Source: Chthoniobacterales bacterium (lineage in GTDB: Bacteria; Verrucomicrobiota; Verrucomicrobiia; Chthoniobacterales; JAATET01). Taken from it: a DNA stretch of 64,000 nucleotides. A model generated the notes under the pieces. It saw nothing but the letters and a program-made list of their open reading frames with translations. It did no database searches and was not told the DNA's origin. This document shows positions 1 to 10,650 of the stretch, piece after piece. The position numbers and the translations under genes were made by a program. Each line of letters begins with the position of its first letter. The stretch's first letter is position 1. The stretch spans positions 213 to 64,212 of the forward strand of contig JBGTDR010000176.1 of assembly GCA_041748215.1 (NCBI GenBank), read 5' to 3'.

Positions 1-1237
1 GGACAACGCTCCCAACTACTGGGCTGACGTCGTTTACGAACCCATACCGTCACCCACCGCGCCAGCGGGCATCGTGCGCGCCCGATTCACCGACGGCACC
101 GGCGACCAGCTGGCACAACAATTCCCGGGAAGTAACGGGGACGGCTGGAGCAACGGATGGACCTTGAGCCCCGGCGTCGCGGCCACCGTTCCCGACGGAG
201 CACCCCTGCGCGCCGCAGGTAATTATCTCCAGCTCGTCCGCACCGCCGGCACCTCGGACCAGCTCGGGGTCCACCGCACGTGGGACGTCACGACGCGACC
301 CGACACCGCATTCTCGACGCTCACCTTCGACGTGCGACTGGATTCCTCGACCGCTGTCTTTGACACCACCGCCGACAACGTCACGATCGCCGCCGGCGGC
401 ACCCCGGGCGCGGGAACGAACGCAGAGAGTTCCTTCCTCATTCGCGCGGTCGGAGCCGCCACCGGCTCGCTGGGTGCCCGCGAATGGGGCGTTTACAATG
501 GCCTCGGCGACGGTGGTGCGTTCGACGTCAGTCGTCTCGTCCCGACGGGCATGACCCTCCAGCCCGGCGTCACCTACACATTCACCGTGCAGCTATACGC
601 CGCCGCCGGACCCGGCTCGACCAACGGCAAAACCCACGGCACCTACGACGTCACGATTTCCAACGGGAGTGAAACAGTCACGGTCACCAACGCCGGTTTC
701 CGTGCGACCTCGCGCGCCAGCGGACCCCATCTCGCCATCTCGACCCAGCAAAGCGCGGCGAGCGACAATCTCACGCTCTCCCTCGATTCCATCGAAATCG
801 CTCCGCTTGTCCTTACTCCATCCGAGAGCCCGCTCGAAATCTGGCGCGGAGAATTTTTTCCCGAAGAACTCGCCAATCCCGCGCTCGAATCCTCCGTCTG
901 GGGCGACCTCGCTGATCCCGACGGTGACGGCATCGTCAACCTCGCCGAATATGCGCTGGGCTCGGAACCTGACACCGCGGCAGCCAGCGCGGTACTCGGC
1001 GAAATCATCACCCTGCCGCCGACCGATTCAGACGAAACCGGGGAAAGTTCGCTCGCGCTCACCTTCCTCCGCGCACGCGCTGACGTCACCTACACCGTCG
1101 AGAGCAGCTCAGGATTCGATACGTGGGATCACGTCGCCACAAATCCCGGCGAAGTTGGCACTACCGTGACGGTTTCCGACACCGAAACCGCCCGCGACGG
1201 CCGGCGCTTCCTGCGGTTAAAAATCACCCGGCCATAA
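1..1237 (+). CDS. 5'-truncated multidomain secreted protein: end of a DUF4082-like domain, a Thr/Gly-rich beta-sandwich domain, and a verrucomicrobial C-terminal domain
   Basis: Frame 2 is open from the window edge (DNAPNYWADVVYEP...) through ORF 74..1237. NYWADVVY resembles the DUF4082 terminal motif. The C-terminus has WRGEFF...ADPDGDGIVNLAEYALGSEP...YTVESS...RRFLRLKITRP. Confidence 0.75.
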   Translation, partial: DNAPNYWADVVYEPIPSPTAPAGIVRARFTDGTGDQLAQQFPGSNGDGWSNGWTLSPGVAATVPDGAPLRAAGNYLQLVRTAGTSDQLGVHRTWDVTTRPDTAFSTLTFDVRLDSSTAVFDTTADNVTIAAGGTPGAGTNAESSFLIRAVGAATGSLGAREWGVYNGLGDGGAFDVSRLVPTGMTLQPGVTYTFTVQLYAAAGPGSTNGKTHGTYDVTISNGSETVTVTNAGFRATSRASGPHLAISTQQSAASDNLTLSLDSIEIAPLVLTPSESPLEIWRGEFFPEELANPALESSVWGDLADPDGDGIVNLAEYALGSEPDTAAASAVLGEIITLPPTDSDETGESSLALTFLRARADVTYTVESSSGFDTWDHVATNPGEVGTTVTVSDTETARDGRRFLRLKITRP

Positions 1238-1349
1238 CGTCACGCCCAGACCAGCTTGCGCTCAACAACTCACAACCGGACCCACTCGGCGGGACAGATT
1301 TCCGATTGACGCCAGCGTCACGACCACGTCTATTCTCCCACCCTCACAC

Positions 1350-1426
1350 GCAGCCGTAGCTCAATTGGATAGAGCACCTGACTACGGATCAGGAGGTTCG
1401 GGGTTCGAACCCCTGCGGCTGCACCA
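1350..1426 (+). tRNA. tRNA-Arg (anticodon ACG)
   Basis: Acceptor stem GCAGCCG/CGGCTGC, D-arm TAGCTCAATTGGATAGAGC, anticodon arm CCTGA-CTACGGA-TCAGG, T-loop GGTTCGAACCC, encoded 3' CCA. Confidence 0.97.
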
Positions 1427-1454
1427 CTTTCCTTTTGGAGACTGTTCATCAGGA

Positions 1455-1483
1455 TTGTTTCACGTCGGGACTTGCGCTAGCCT
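1455..1483 (+). promoter_or_regulatory. Putative sigma70 promoter, leaderless geometry, for the Lys/Ala-rich protein
   Basis: TTGTTT-17 nt-TAGCCT, ending 8 nt before ATG 1492. Confidence 0.5.
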
Positions 1484-1491
1484 CCGCGATC

Positions 1492-1860
1492 ATGGCAACC
1501 GCAAAACCAAAAACCGCCGCCGCAAAATCCACCACCAGCAAGGCCGCGGCCAAAAAGCCCGCCGTCAAAAAAACGGTTCCCACCCCGAAGCCAGCCAAAG
1601 CCAAATCGGCTCAGGCCAAGGCAACCAAAGCCATCCCGGGTGGCCGCGAGCAGCAACTCGCCGAGCAGGCGCTTTCGCTCGTCGACGAAGCCGCCGCCAT
1701 CCTCCGCGCGCGCATTCGCGACGGCGCGACGCAGACCGCGAAAGGCCGCCTGGCCGCCAAGAAAAAAGCGGGCACGCTTCTCAACCGCGCTTCCGGCACG
1801 CTCACCAGGGCAGTCGAAACCGGCACGTCGTCATTGGAAAAACTCCTCGGAAAAATTTAA
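1492..1860 (+). CDS. Small basic Lys/Ala-rich protein (histone H1-like N-terminus plus helical C-terminus)
   Basis: MATAKPKTAAAKSTTSKAAAKKPAVKK...; followed directly by an intrinsic terminator. Confidence 0.75.
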   Translation: MATAKPKTAAAKSTTSKAAAKKPAVKKTVPTPKPAKAKSAQAKATKAIPGGREQQLAEQALSLVDEAAAILRARIRDGATQTAKGRLAAKKKAGTLLNRASGTLTRAVETGTSSLEKLLGKI

Positions 1861-1883
1861 CGCCGCAGCTCTACGCACGGCAG

Positions 1884-1913
1884 ACGCCGCCCAACTCGGG
1901 CGGCGTTTTTTTT
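1884..1913 (+). terminator. Rho-independent terminator
   Basis: ACGCCGCCC-AACTC-GGGCGGCGT hairpin followed by a T run. Confidence 0.85.
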
Positions 1914-1915
1914 GC

Positions 1916-3616
1916 CTACAACCCGCCGTGTTTCCAGATCGAAAGCACAAGACGGATGCACATGTAAAAACCCCATCCGAGACCGAGGGCACCGAAAATC
2001 GGCACGCCGTAAAATTTCGGCGGAATGTCCGACAGGACGAGGATTGACGAACAGATCAATACGGACGCCGCGAGGATCGCGTTCGTGAGGCGATTGGCAA
2101 TCGAGTCGAGCGTCATGCGCAGCGGTTCGAACCCGTCCGGATCGATCTTGTGCTGAAGCGGCAGATTTAATTGCCCGCGCCGAATCTTGCCGTAGAACGT
2201 CCGGAAATCGTGCGGGAACTCCTCGAGAAAATCCACCGAACCCGTCAGCAGCTTCTTCAAAATCGCCAGCAGGTGGAACGGGTGGTATTTGTCCTCGATC
2301 AGCTTCGACGCGTACGGCTTACCGAGAATCACAAAATTAAGATCAGGATTCAATGACCGGCCGATGGACTCGACTTGCGTGAGGGCTTTGATGCCGAGGT
2401 AAAATGCGCCCTTCATGCGCAGGCGATTGTTGCGCAACAGCTCGAGCAGTTTGTTCAGCACAAAACCAAGGTTGATGTCCTTGAGCGGCTGATTGAGGTG
2501 CGCGTCGCTGAACTCCTGGACGTCGCGCATCATGCGATCGGTATCGTCCACCCAGCCTTCTTCAGACATCTCGACGATGGATCGCATCACCTGGGGATGA
2601 TCCTTTTCGGCAAGTCCGGCGATGAGGTGCGCGATGCTGGACCGAAATGCCGGAGTGAACGACCCCATCATGCCGTAATCGTAAAGCCCGATCACTCCCT
2701 CCTCGAGCACCGTCATATTGCCCGGATGCGGATCGCCGTGAAAAAAACCGTGTTCGAAAATTTGCTGATAAATCAGGACGGTGATGCGCTCGGACAGCGT
2801 GATCGGATCAACGCCGTTGGCTACGAGAATGGAGACGTCGTCGACAGGCCAACCCTCCATGTATTCCATGGTCATCACCAGCTCGCCGGAATACTCCCCG
2901 AAGACCGCGGGAACGTGGATGTCGAGATTCTCCTCGAACTGTTTTTTGAAACGCTCCGCATTGGTGAATTCGTTATGGAAATCGAGTTCCTTTTTCAGGG
3001 TCTCGGAGAATTCGTGGACGACACCGACGGGGTTTAGTACCGAAATTTCGGGCACGTGTTTGTCCACGAATGCGGCGAGGTCGTGAATGATCGCCAGGTC
3101 ACGATCGATCACTTTGCGAATGTCCGGCCGCTGGACCTTCACCGCAACGCGGGTTCCGTCTTTCAAGACGGCCTGATGGACTTGCGCGATCGACGCAGCC
3201 GCGAAGGGCTCTTCACTGAATTCCGCAAAAGCCTGATCGACCGTGACGCCCAACTCACTCGCGAATATGCGTTTCGATTCGTGCCCTGGAAACGTCGGCA
3301 CGTCGTCATGCAACCGGCACAGTTCGGTGTAAAACTCGTCGTTCACCAAATCCCGGCGTGAGCTGAGAATCTGACCAAGCTTGATGAACGTCGGCCCCAG
3401 TTCTTCGAGCGCGAGACGCAACCGCTCGGCCGGCGGTTTCGCCAGCAACCCGCTCTCATGAATTTTCAGCTGCGCGTCCTCGATCCCGAGAACTTTCTGC
3501 AGCGTGACGAGCTTCAGGACGTCCGCAAACCCGTATTTAAACAGCGTGCGGACGATTTCGTTGTAACGGGGCAGATGCGACGCGAAGTCGATGGCGGACT
3601 TGAGTTGGTTGATCAT
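1916..3616 (-). CDS. ABC1/UbiB/AarF-family atypical protein kinase
   Basis: LGPTFIKLGQILS, AAASIAQVH, VAVKVQRP, FHGDPHPGN, YDYGMMG; two C-terminal hydrophobic helices. Start set at MINQLK. Confidence 0.9.
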   Translation of the reverse strand: MINQLKSAIDFASHLPRYNEIVRTLFKYGFADVLKLVTLQKVLGIEDAQLKIHESGLLAKPPAERLRLALEELGPTFIKLGQILSSRRDLVNDEFYTELCRLHDDVPTFPGHESKRIFASELGVTVDQAFAEFSEEPFAAASIAQVHQAVLKDGTRVAVKVQRPDIRKVIDRDLAIIHDLAAFVDKHVPEISVLNPVGVVHEFSETLKKELDFHNEFTNAERFKKQFEENLDIHVPAVFGEYSGELVMTMEYMEGWPVDDVSILVANGVDPITLSERITVLIYQQIFEHGFFHGDPHPGNMTVLEEGVIGLYDYGMMGSFTPAFRSSIAHLIAGLAEKDHPQVMRSIVEMSEEGWVDDTDRMMRDVQEFSDAHLNQPLKDINLGFVLNKLLELLRNNRLRMKGAFYLGIKALTQVESIGRSLNPDLNFVILGKPYASKLIEDKYHPFHLLAILKKLLTGSVDFLEEFPHDFRTFYGKIRRGQLNLPLQHKIDPDGFEPLRMTLDSIANRLTNAILAASVLICSSILVLSDIPPKFYGVPIFGALGLGWGFYMCIRLVLSIWKHGGL

Positions 3617-3711
3617 CAGGCGTGGGCGCTTTGGCGAAATGACACCACTTGCCCGCATTGCTCAAAGCAATTCGCCCAGCGCCACCCGCCGGTTCTGGAT
3701 CGATCTGCGCG

Positions 3712-4149
3712 TTACGCGACTGTGACGGTTTGAATCACCCAGCCGACGGTCGCCCCGTAGAGCACGTGGGCAACAAGCTGCATGAATCCCGTCATCGGCC
3801 CGCGCTCGTGATATTTCTGCATCGGGTGATGTTCCATCACGACGATGCAGACGAGCAGCATCACGATCACGCCGTGGATCGCGCCGGCCATGGAACAGGT
3901 GAGCAGATTCACGGGCAAACGCGCGAGCGACAACAATCCGAAATAGACGTAGGCAAACACGATGCCCGAAGCGAAATGGATCGCAAATCCGGGTACCCAC
4001 GCACGCTCTTCCTTCCCCGTCATAAGCACGCCGACGGCACGAACGACATCGACGTTTCCGAAATTAAGCCACCGCGGAAAAAACAGGAAAACGGTCATTA
4101 CGGCCGTGCCCACCAATCCGCCCAACAGGGGTGCGATCATGTCTGGCAT
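3712..4149 (-). CDS. Small multi-pass membrane protein with intramembrane His residues (DUF2938/DUF6789-like)
   Basis: GGLVGTAVMT..., GFAIHFASGIVFAYVY, AIHGV, LVAHVLYG; about four hydrophobic segments. Start is 4149 or 4140. Confidence 0.7.
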   Translation of the reverse strand: MPDMIAPLLGGLVGTAVMTVFLFFPRWLNFGNVDVVRAVGVLMTGKEERAWVPGFAIHFASGIVFAYVYFGLLSLARLPVNLLTCSMAGAIHGVIVMLLVCIVVMEHHPMQKYHERGPMTGFMQLVAHVLYGATVGWVIQTVTVA

Positions 4150-4224
4150 AACCAAATGGTCGCCCTCCCAACGGGATCGGCAAGGGAAAAACCACTGGCA
4201 TCCAGGGCCCGGCCGGAAGCCGAT

Positions 4225-7080
4225 CTACTTCTCGGCGAAGTCGTCCATCGACGGGCAGGTGCACATCACATTCCGGTCGCCAAATACGTTGTCGACGCGC
4301 GCCACGGCCGGCCAGAATTTGAAGTCGCGCAGCCAGGGCGCGGGATAAGCGGCCCGCTCGCGCAAATACGGCCGGTCCCACGAGTCGGCGGTCACCTGGA
4401 GGGCGGTGTGCGGCGCGCGGGTGAGCGGATTATTTTCCCGATCCAGCTCCCCGCGTTCGATGGCAGTGAGCTCGCCGTGAATGGTGATCATCGCGTCGCA
4501 AAACCGGTCCAGCTCCGCTTTCGATTCGCTTTCGGTCGGTTCGATCATGAGCGTGCCGGGAACCGGCCAGCTCATGGTTGGCGCGTGAAATCCGTAGTCC
4601 ATCAGGCGCTTGGCGATATCTTCCACCTCGATGCCCGCACGCTCTTTCCAGCCACGCACGTCGAGAATGCACTCGTGGGCGACGCGGCCGTTCATGCCTT
4701 TGTAAAGGACCGGGAAAAACGGTGCCAATCGGCTGGCGATATAATTGGCGTTGAGGATGGCAACTTTAGTCGCCATCTCGAGGCCATCCGGGCCCATCAT
4801 CGCGATGTACATCCACGAAATGACGTCGATGCTCGCGCTGCCCCACGGAGCTTGGGAAACTTCACCGATCGCCTGATCGCCACCGGTCGCGATCACGGAG
4901 TGACCTGGCAAAAATGGGGCAAGGTGCCCCGCCACACCGATCGGGCCAACTCCCGGTCCCCCGCCGCCGTGCGGGATGCAGAAGGTTTTGTGGAGATTCA
5001 GATGACACACGTCGGCTCCAAATTCGCCCGGCCGGCAGAGCCCGACCTGCGCGTTCATGTTCGCGCCGTCCATGTAAACCTGGCCGCCCGCCGCGTGCGT
5101 GATTTCGCAGATTTCCCGAATCGAACTTTCGAACACGCCGTGAGTGGAGGGATACGTCACCATCAGCGCCGCGAGCTGGTCACGGTTCGCTTCGGCTTTT
5201 GCTCTCAAATCCGCCACGTCGATGTTGCCGTCGGCGTCGCATGCGATGGGCACGACTTTCATGCCTGCCATCACCGCGCTCGCCGGGTTGGTTCCGTGCG
5301 CTGACGAGGGAATCAGACACACCGTTCGCGCGCTGTCTCCGCGGCTCAAGTGATACGCGCGAATCGTCAGCAGTCCCGCGTATTCTCCCTGCGAACCCGC
5401 GTTCGGCTGGAGCGAAACGCCGGCAAAACCCGTGATCTCCGCAAGCCACGACTCAAGCTGCGCAAACATCCGTTGATATCCCTCCGCCTGCCCGACGGGC
5501 GCAAACGGATGCAGACCGCCGATTTTTTCCCACGTGACCGGAAACATTTCGGCGGCGGCGTTCAGCTTCATCGTGCACGAACCCAACGGAATCATCGAAG
5601 TCGTGAGCGACAGGTCGCGCGACTCGAGTCGCTTGAGGTAACGCATCAGCTCCGTCTCGGTGTGATACCGGTTGAATATCGGGTGGGTCAGGATCGGTGA
5701 CGTGCGGCGCAGCGCCTCGGGAAGGGCGTCGACAGATTCGTCGAGCGACACAGAGGCCGCGTTGCCTTGATTGAATATCCCGGAAAAAACGTCCAGTGAG
5801 CCAGTCGTTTCGTCGAGTGCGATGGTCACGGTGTGATCATCGAGAGCGCGGACGTTCACCCGATAACTCTCGGCCAGCCGGATAATTTCCACCGAGCGGG
5901 TCTGCCCGAGGTTCACGCGGATCGTGTCGAAAAATGGCTCGTCGGAAACTTCCAGGCCGAGGTCCCGAATCGCTCCCGCGAGCGCGACCGCCTTGCGATG
6001 AACGCGGCGTGCGATGGCGGTGAGTCCTTTGGGCCCGTGGTAGACGGCGTACATCGATGCCATCACCGCGAGCAGGACCTGCGCGGTGCAGATGTTACTC
6101 GTGGCCTTCTCCCGACGGATGTGTTGTTCGCGCGTCTGGAGCGTGAGCCGCAGCGCCGGATTTCCCGCCGCGTCGCGGGAGACACCGATCAAGCGGCCTG
6201 GCATCCTGCGTTTGTGCGCCTCACGGGTGGCAAGGTATGCAGCGTGCGGACCTCCGTAGCCAAACGGCACGCCAAATCGCTGCGACGTGCCGACTACGAT
6301 ATCGGCACCGCATTCTCCGGGCGGTTGGATCAGCGTGAGCGCAAGCAAATCGGCCGAAACCACTGCCAGCGCCCCGGCGGAGTGAATTGTTTCGATGATT
6401 GGACCCAGCGGGCGAATTCGGCCGTCGGTCGCCGGATATTGAACAAAAACACCGATCACACCCGGTGTCGTCGGATCAAACGTCGCGATGTCGCCGGTTC
6501 GCACCTCGACGCCGAGCGGCTCCGCCCGCGTGCGCAGAAGCGCGATGGTCTGCGGATGCGCGTCGTCCGCGACAAAAAACACGGTGCCGCTTTTGGCCCC
6601 GAGGCACATCGCCATGGCTTCCGCCGCGGCCGTGGATTCATCCAGCATCGAGGCATTCGCGATCTCCATGGCCGTGAGATCGCAAATCATCGTCTGAAAA
6701 TTCAGCAACGCCTCGAGCCGACCCTGCGCGATCTCGGCCTGATATGGCGTGTAGGCGGTATACCAACCCGGATTTTCGAGGATGTTCCGCCGGATGACCG
6801 CTGGCGTGAAACAACCGCTGTAGCCCATTCCGATGTTCGATTGAAACACCTGGTTCTCCGCCGCGATGGCAGCGAGATCGGCAAGCGCCTCTTCTTCCGT
6901 GCGAGCGGCTGGAAGGTTCAGATCTTCGCGGCTCCGGATCGCCGCAGGCACCGTCTGGTCGATCAACTCGTCCAGGCTGCCGAGGCCAATTTCTCCAAGC
7001 ATCGCGGCGATTTCACCTTCGCCCGGACCGATGTGACGCCGCGAAAAACGGCCCTCTGCAAAAACCGGAGATTCGCTCAT
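4225..7080 (-). CDS. gcvP: Glycine dehydrogenase (decarboxylating), P protein
   Basis: [33 protein letters not shown] motif HLNLHKTF; 951 aa single-chain form. Confidence 0.98.
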   Translation of the reverse strand: MSESPVFAEGRFSRRHIGPGEGEIAAMLGEIGLGSLDELIDQTVPAAIRSREDLNLPAARTEEEALADLAAIAAENQVFQSNIGMGYSGCFTPAVIRRNILENPGWYTAYTPYQAEIAQGRLEALLNFQTMICDLTAMEIANASMLDESTAAAEAMAMCLGAKSGTVFFVADDAHPQTIALLRTRAEPLGVEVRTGDIATFDPTTPGVIGVFVQYPATDGRIRPLGPIIETIHSAGALAVVSADLLALTLIQPPGECGADIVVGTSQRFGVPFGYGGPHAAYLATREAHKRRMPGRLIGVSRDAAGNPALRLTLQTREQHIRREKATSNICTAQVLLAVMASMYAVYHGPKGLTAIARRVHRKAVALAGAIRDLGLEVSDEPFFDTIRVNLGQTRSVEIIRLAESYRVNVRALDDHTVTIALDETTGSLDVFSGIFNQGNAASVSLDESVDALPEALRRTSPILTHPIFNRYHTETELMRYLKRLESRDLSLTTSMIPLGSCTMKLNAAAEMFPVTWEKIGGLHPFAPVGQAEGYQRMFAQLESWLAEITGFAGVSLQPNAGSQGEYAGLLTIRAYHLSRGDSARTVCLIPSSAHGTNPASAVMAGMKVVPIACDADGNIDVADLRAKAEANRDQLAALMVTYPSTHGVFESSIREICEITHAAGGQVYMDGANMNAQVGLCRPGEFGADVCHLNLHKTFCIPHGGGGPGVGPIGVAGHLAPFLPGHSVIATGGDQAIGEVSQAPWGSASIDVISWMYIAMMGPDGLEMATKVAILNANYIASRLAPFFPVLYKGMNGRVAHECILDVRGWKERAGIEVEDIAKRLMDYGFHAPTMSWPVPGTLMIEPTESESKAELDRFCDAMITIHGELTAIERGELDRENNPLTRAPHTALQVTADSWDRPYLRERAAYPAPWLRDFKFWPAVARVDNVFGDRNVMCTCPSMDDFAEK

Positions 7081-7457
7081 TCCGCGATCTGGGCCCGGTA
7101 ATCTTCGGGAGACTTGAGAGCGTCGAGCTGTGAAAAGTCCGTGAGGCGAAGTTTGTAAATCCAGCCCCCGCCGAACGGATCTGTATTCAGCAAAGCCGGA
7201 TCATCGTTGAGTGCCTCGTTCGTCTCGACGATCTCGCCCGATACCGGTGAATAGATGTCGCTCGCCGCTTTGACCGACTCGACGACCGCGATGGCTGCAC
7301 CTGCTTCCGCTGCGTCGCCCGCCTTGGGCGGCTCGACAAAAACGATGTCGGTCAGCTCGGCCTGGGCGTGATCGGTGATGCCGACCGTGCCAATGCCGTC
7401 TTCCACGCGAATCCACTCGTGGGATTCCGCGTATTTGAGGTCGTCGGGAACGTTCAT
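7077..7457 (-). CDS. gcvH: Glycine cleavage system H protein
   Basis: [15 protein letters not shown], lipoyl-lysine motif [13 protein letters not shown]; overlaps the gcvP start by 4 nt. Confidence 0.97.
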   Translation of the reverse strand: MNVPDDLKYAESHEWIRVEDGIGTVGITDHAQAELTDIVFVEPPKAGDAAEAGAAIAVVESVKAASDIYSPVSGEIVETNEALNDDPALLNTDPFGGGWIYKLRLTDFSQLDALKSPEDYRAQIAE

Positions 7458-7473
7458 GATGTTGTGGAAAATG

Positions 7474-8565
7474 TTACGCCGCCCGGGTGTAAAGCGGCTT
7501 CTTTCGGACGCTAGCGGCGTAGCGTTTTCCGCGCACTTCAATTTCCACGCGCTGGCCGATTTTTGCGAGATCGGGCGGCAGGTATGCCATGGCGATGCCG
7601 CAACCGAGACTCGGGGAAAGCGCGCCGCTGCACGTCTCGCCCACGACGACGCCATCGGCCCACACTGGATAATGCGAACGAATTGGTGGGGATTTTTCCT
7701 CGACGACGAGTGCCGCGAGCCGGGATGGCAGACCCGTTGCCCGCTGCTCTTCCAGCGCCGCTTTGCCAACAAATTCGGGTTTCGTGAGATCGACAAAAAA
7801 TCCCAGCCCGGCTTCCAGCGGGCTGCGCTCCGGCGAAAGATCCGACCCATTGAGCGGGTATCCCATTTCGAGCCGCAGGGTGTCGCGCGCCCCCAGTCCG
7901 CACGGTTTGGCACCCGCCGCAATGACGGCATCCCAGAGCGTCTCGGCGGCCGCGGCCGGTGCAACAATTTCAAATCCTTCCTCGCCCGTGTATCCGGTCG
8001 TCACGACCGTCACCGGCACGCCGTCAAAGTTGGCGGCGGCAACCCGGTTGCGTTCCGATGGCATGGCTGTACCGAACACCCGCTCGTGGACGTCACCAGC
8101 CAGCGGCCCTTGCACGGCCAGGGCGGCGTAGTCGTCACTGCGATCCACGAAGGTGACATCCGCCCCCGGACGCGCCCGCAACCACGCAGCATCTTCCGCG
8201 ATCTTCGCGGCATTCACGATCAGCAGAAAGGCCTCCGAACCCGTGCGGTAAACGATCAGGTCGTCGATCACGCCGCCCCGCTCGTCGAGCATAAGCGAAT
8301 ACTGCGCTTCGCCTACGGCGAGTTTCGCGACCCGATTCGTGAGCAATCCGTCAAGCCAGGCAACCGCACCGCGACCCTCGACGAAAAATTCGCCCATGTG
8401 CGAAATGTCGAAAACTCCCACCGCCTCGCGGACCGCCCGGTGCTCGTCCAGAATGCCGGAATATTGCACCGGCATTTCCCAGCCGGCAAAATCCACGATC
8501 CGTCCGCCCGCGGCGACGTGGCAATGGTAAAGCGGGGTGCGGCGGGGCGGATTTTCCAAATTCAT
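7474..8565 (-). CDS. gcvT: Aminomethyltransferase, T protein
   Basis: [46 protein letters not shown]. Confidence 0.97.
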   Translation of the reverse strand: MNLENPPRRTPLYHCHVAAGGRIVDFAGWEMPVQYSGILDEHRAVREAVGVFDISHMGEFFVEGRGAVAWLDGLLTNRVAKLAVGEAQYSLMLDERGGVIDDLIVYRTGSEAFLLIVNAAKIAEDAAWLRARPGADVTFVDRSDDYAALAVQGPLAGDVHERVFGTAMPSERNRVAAANFDGVPVTVVTTGYTGEEGFEIVAPAAAAETLWDAVIAAGAKPCGLGARDTLRLEMGYPLNGSDLSPERSPLEAGLGFFVDLTKPEFVGKAALEEQRATGLPSRLAALVVEEKSPPIRSHYPVWADGVVVGETCSGALSPSLGCGIAMAYLPPDLAKIGQRVEIEVRGKRYAASVRKKPLYTRAA

Positions 8566-8653
8566 CGGCCGAAAAACTAGGCCGCAGCCCAAGACCCGCG
8601 CGATGAAAAAACATTTCCCACCGAGCCGCTATCCCAAGTGGCCGGGAGAATCG

Positions 8654-10576
8654 TCATCCCACCGCCTGGTCTTCGAAATTCAGGTAGGTGTAAACGCCCA
8701 GCACTTTTTCGTAACTGTCGAGCAGCCGCATCGCCTCTTTCGGTTTGAGGCGGTCGCTTTTGATCGCGGCGTCCGTTTGCGCCTTCATGCGGCGGGCAAG
8801 CTCATTGACGTCCCACTGCGTGAGCGAAAGCACCTGGCCGACGGTGCTGCCCGGCAGCACTTCCTCGACGTAATAACCGCTCTCCTCGTCCTCATCCAAA
8901 AAGATGTGCATCTCGTTCACGCGACCAAAAAGGTTGTGAAGATCGCCCATGATGTCCTGGTAGGCACCGGTCAGGAAAAATCCGATGTAATACGGGCGAC
9001 CGGGCTCGAAGCGGTGCAGCGGCAACGTTTCTTTCACGTCGTTGAGGTCGACAAATTTGCTCACCTTGCCGTCGGAATCGCAGGTGATGTCCACCAGCGT
9101 CGCGTTGCGGTCCGGCATTTCGTTGAGCCGGTGAATCGGCATCACGGGAAAAAGTTGTCCCAACGCCCAGTGGTCGAGCAGCGATTGAAAGACCGAAAAG
9201 TTGCAGAGAAATTGATCGCTCAGCGCGACCTCCATTTCTTTCACCTCCTCGGGCACGTACCGCATTCCGCGGAACATTTCGACGATCGTCCCGGCGATCT
9301 CCCAATAGACCGTGTCGATCTTTGCTTTCGCCCGCAGATCGAGCAGCCCAAGGTCAAACATCGACTGCGCCCGTTCGCGGATTTCCTGCGCGTCGTGCAG
9401 ATTTTCGAGCCGGTTTTTGCGCCCGATATCCTCGCGAATATCAATCATGTCGCGGACCGGCTGCGGGTCGTCTTCGGCGGCCTGCACCGGCGGGTGCGCT
9501 TTGCTTTTTTCGATCGATCCGAACGCCTCGACCACGAGGACCGAATGGTGCGCGACGATGGCCCGGCCACTCTCGCTCACGATCGTGGGATGCGGCACCT
9601 CCTCGGCGTCGCAAATCTCCATGATGCTGTAAACGATGTCGCGTGCGTACTCGCTGAGCGAATAGTTCGTCGAGCTGTCGAACGTCGTGCGCGACCCGTC
9701 GTAATCCACGCCAAGACCGCCGCCGACATCGAGATATCCCAGCGCGTGGCCCATCTTTTTGAGTTTCGCGTAAAACCGCGCGGCTTCGCGCGTTGCGCGT
9801 TTGATCGTCCCAATATCGGGAACCTGCGATCCGACGTGGAAATGCACGAGCTGGAGCGCGTCGGCCAGACCGGAGGCGTGGAGCAAATCGCTGGCGGACA
9901 CGAGATCCGCGGTCGACAGGCCAAACTTCGCGTTTTCGCCGCCGCTCGTTGCCCATTTGCCCGCACCCTTCGAAAGCAGGCGGACGCGTAAACCGATCAT
10001 TGGTTCCACCCCGACGTCGCGCGCCACTTTCAGGATGTGCGTGAGCTCTTCGAGTTTTTCGACGACGAGGATGACTTTTTTGCCCAGCTTGCGACCGAGC
10101 AGCGCCATTTGGATGAACTCGGTATCCTTGTAGCCGTTGCAAATGATCAGGCTTTCCGCGTCCGTGTGCATCGCGACCGCCGCCATCAACTCCGGCTTGC
10201 TGCCGCCTTCAATGCCGAAGTGGAATTCCTTTCCGGCATCCAGAATTTCCTCCACCACCTCGCGAAGCTGATTCACCTTGATCGGAAACACCCCACGGTA
10301 AACGCCCTGGTAGCGGCTCTCAGTGATGGCCTGCGCAAATGCCCGGTTGATCGTCTGCACGCGGTGCCGCAGCAGATCCTGAAACCGGAGCACCATCGGA
10401 AACGCCACGCTCCGGCTCTTCGCTTCCTCGACCAATTCCATCAGGTCGATCTCCTCGAAGACCTGGCCGTTCGGTCGCACGCACACGTTGCCCTCCGCGT
10501 TGATCGAAAAATATCCGCTGCCCCAGCGGTCCACGTTGTAAAGGGCGATGGCGTCAGCCGTACCGAAGTCAGACAT
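8654..10576 (-). CDS. speA: Biosynthetic arginine decarboxylase
   Basis: YNVDRWGSGYF, FPIKVNQ (PLP Lys), HFHVGSQ, DVGGGLGVDYDG, DITCDSDG, GAYQDIMGDLHNLFG. Start set at MSDFG. Confidence 0.96.
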   Translation of the reverse strand: MSDFGTADAIALYNVDRWGSGYFSINAEGNVCVRPNGQVFEEIDLMELVEEAKSRSVAFPMVLRFQDLLRHRVQTINRAFAQAITESRYQGVYRGVFPIKVNQLREVVEEILDAGKEFHFGIEGGSKPELMAAVAMHTDAESLIICNGYKDTEFIQMALLGRKLGKKVILVVEKLEELTHILKVARDVGVEPMIGLRVRLLSKGAGKWATSGGENAKFGLSTADLVSASDLLHASGLADALQLVHFHVGSQVPDIGTIKRATREAARFYAKLKKMGHALGYLDVGGGLGVDYDGSRTTFDSSTNYSLSEYARDIVYSIMEICDAEEVPHPTIVSESGRAIVAHHSVLVVEAFGSIEKSKAHPPVQAAEDDPQPVRDMIDIREDIGRKNRLENLHDAQEIRERAQSMFDLGLLDLRAKAKIDTVYWEIAGTIVEMFRGMRYVPEEVKEMEVALSDQFLCNFSVFQSLLDHWALGQLFPVMPIHRLNEMPDRNATLVDITCDSDGKVSKFVDLNDVKETLPLHRFEPGRPYYIGFFLTGAYQDIMGDLHNLFGRVNEMHIFLDEDEESGYYVEEVLPGSTVGQVLSLTQWDVNELARRMKAQTDAAIKSDRLKPKEAMRLLDSYEKVLGVYTYLNFEDQAVG

Positions 10577-10650
10577 TGCGGCGGAGACTAAACCGCCGGT
10601 CTCCGCAAAAACCAATGCGCTTTGCGAAAATTTTTCAGCACCTGGCCGGA

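Noticed and set aside
1306-1336. TTGACG...TATTCT promoter for the tRNA
   Set aside because: The 19-nt spacer is outside the usual range; plausible but not supportable as a feature.
1350-1500. tRNA-Arg as an integration site for a genomic island
   Set aside because: No adjacent integrase, and I saw no duplicate of the tRNA 3' end; the flanking genes look chromosomal.
1365-1967. 200-aa ORF starting MDRAPDYGSGG
   Set aside because: It is a translation of the tRNA-Arg sequence and runs out of frame over the real Lys/Ala-rich gene and its terminator.
8566-8653. Glycine riboswitch upstream of gcvT
   Set aside because: Only 88 nt, no recognisable aptamer motifs, and a -10-like box sits 8 nt from the ATG.
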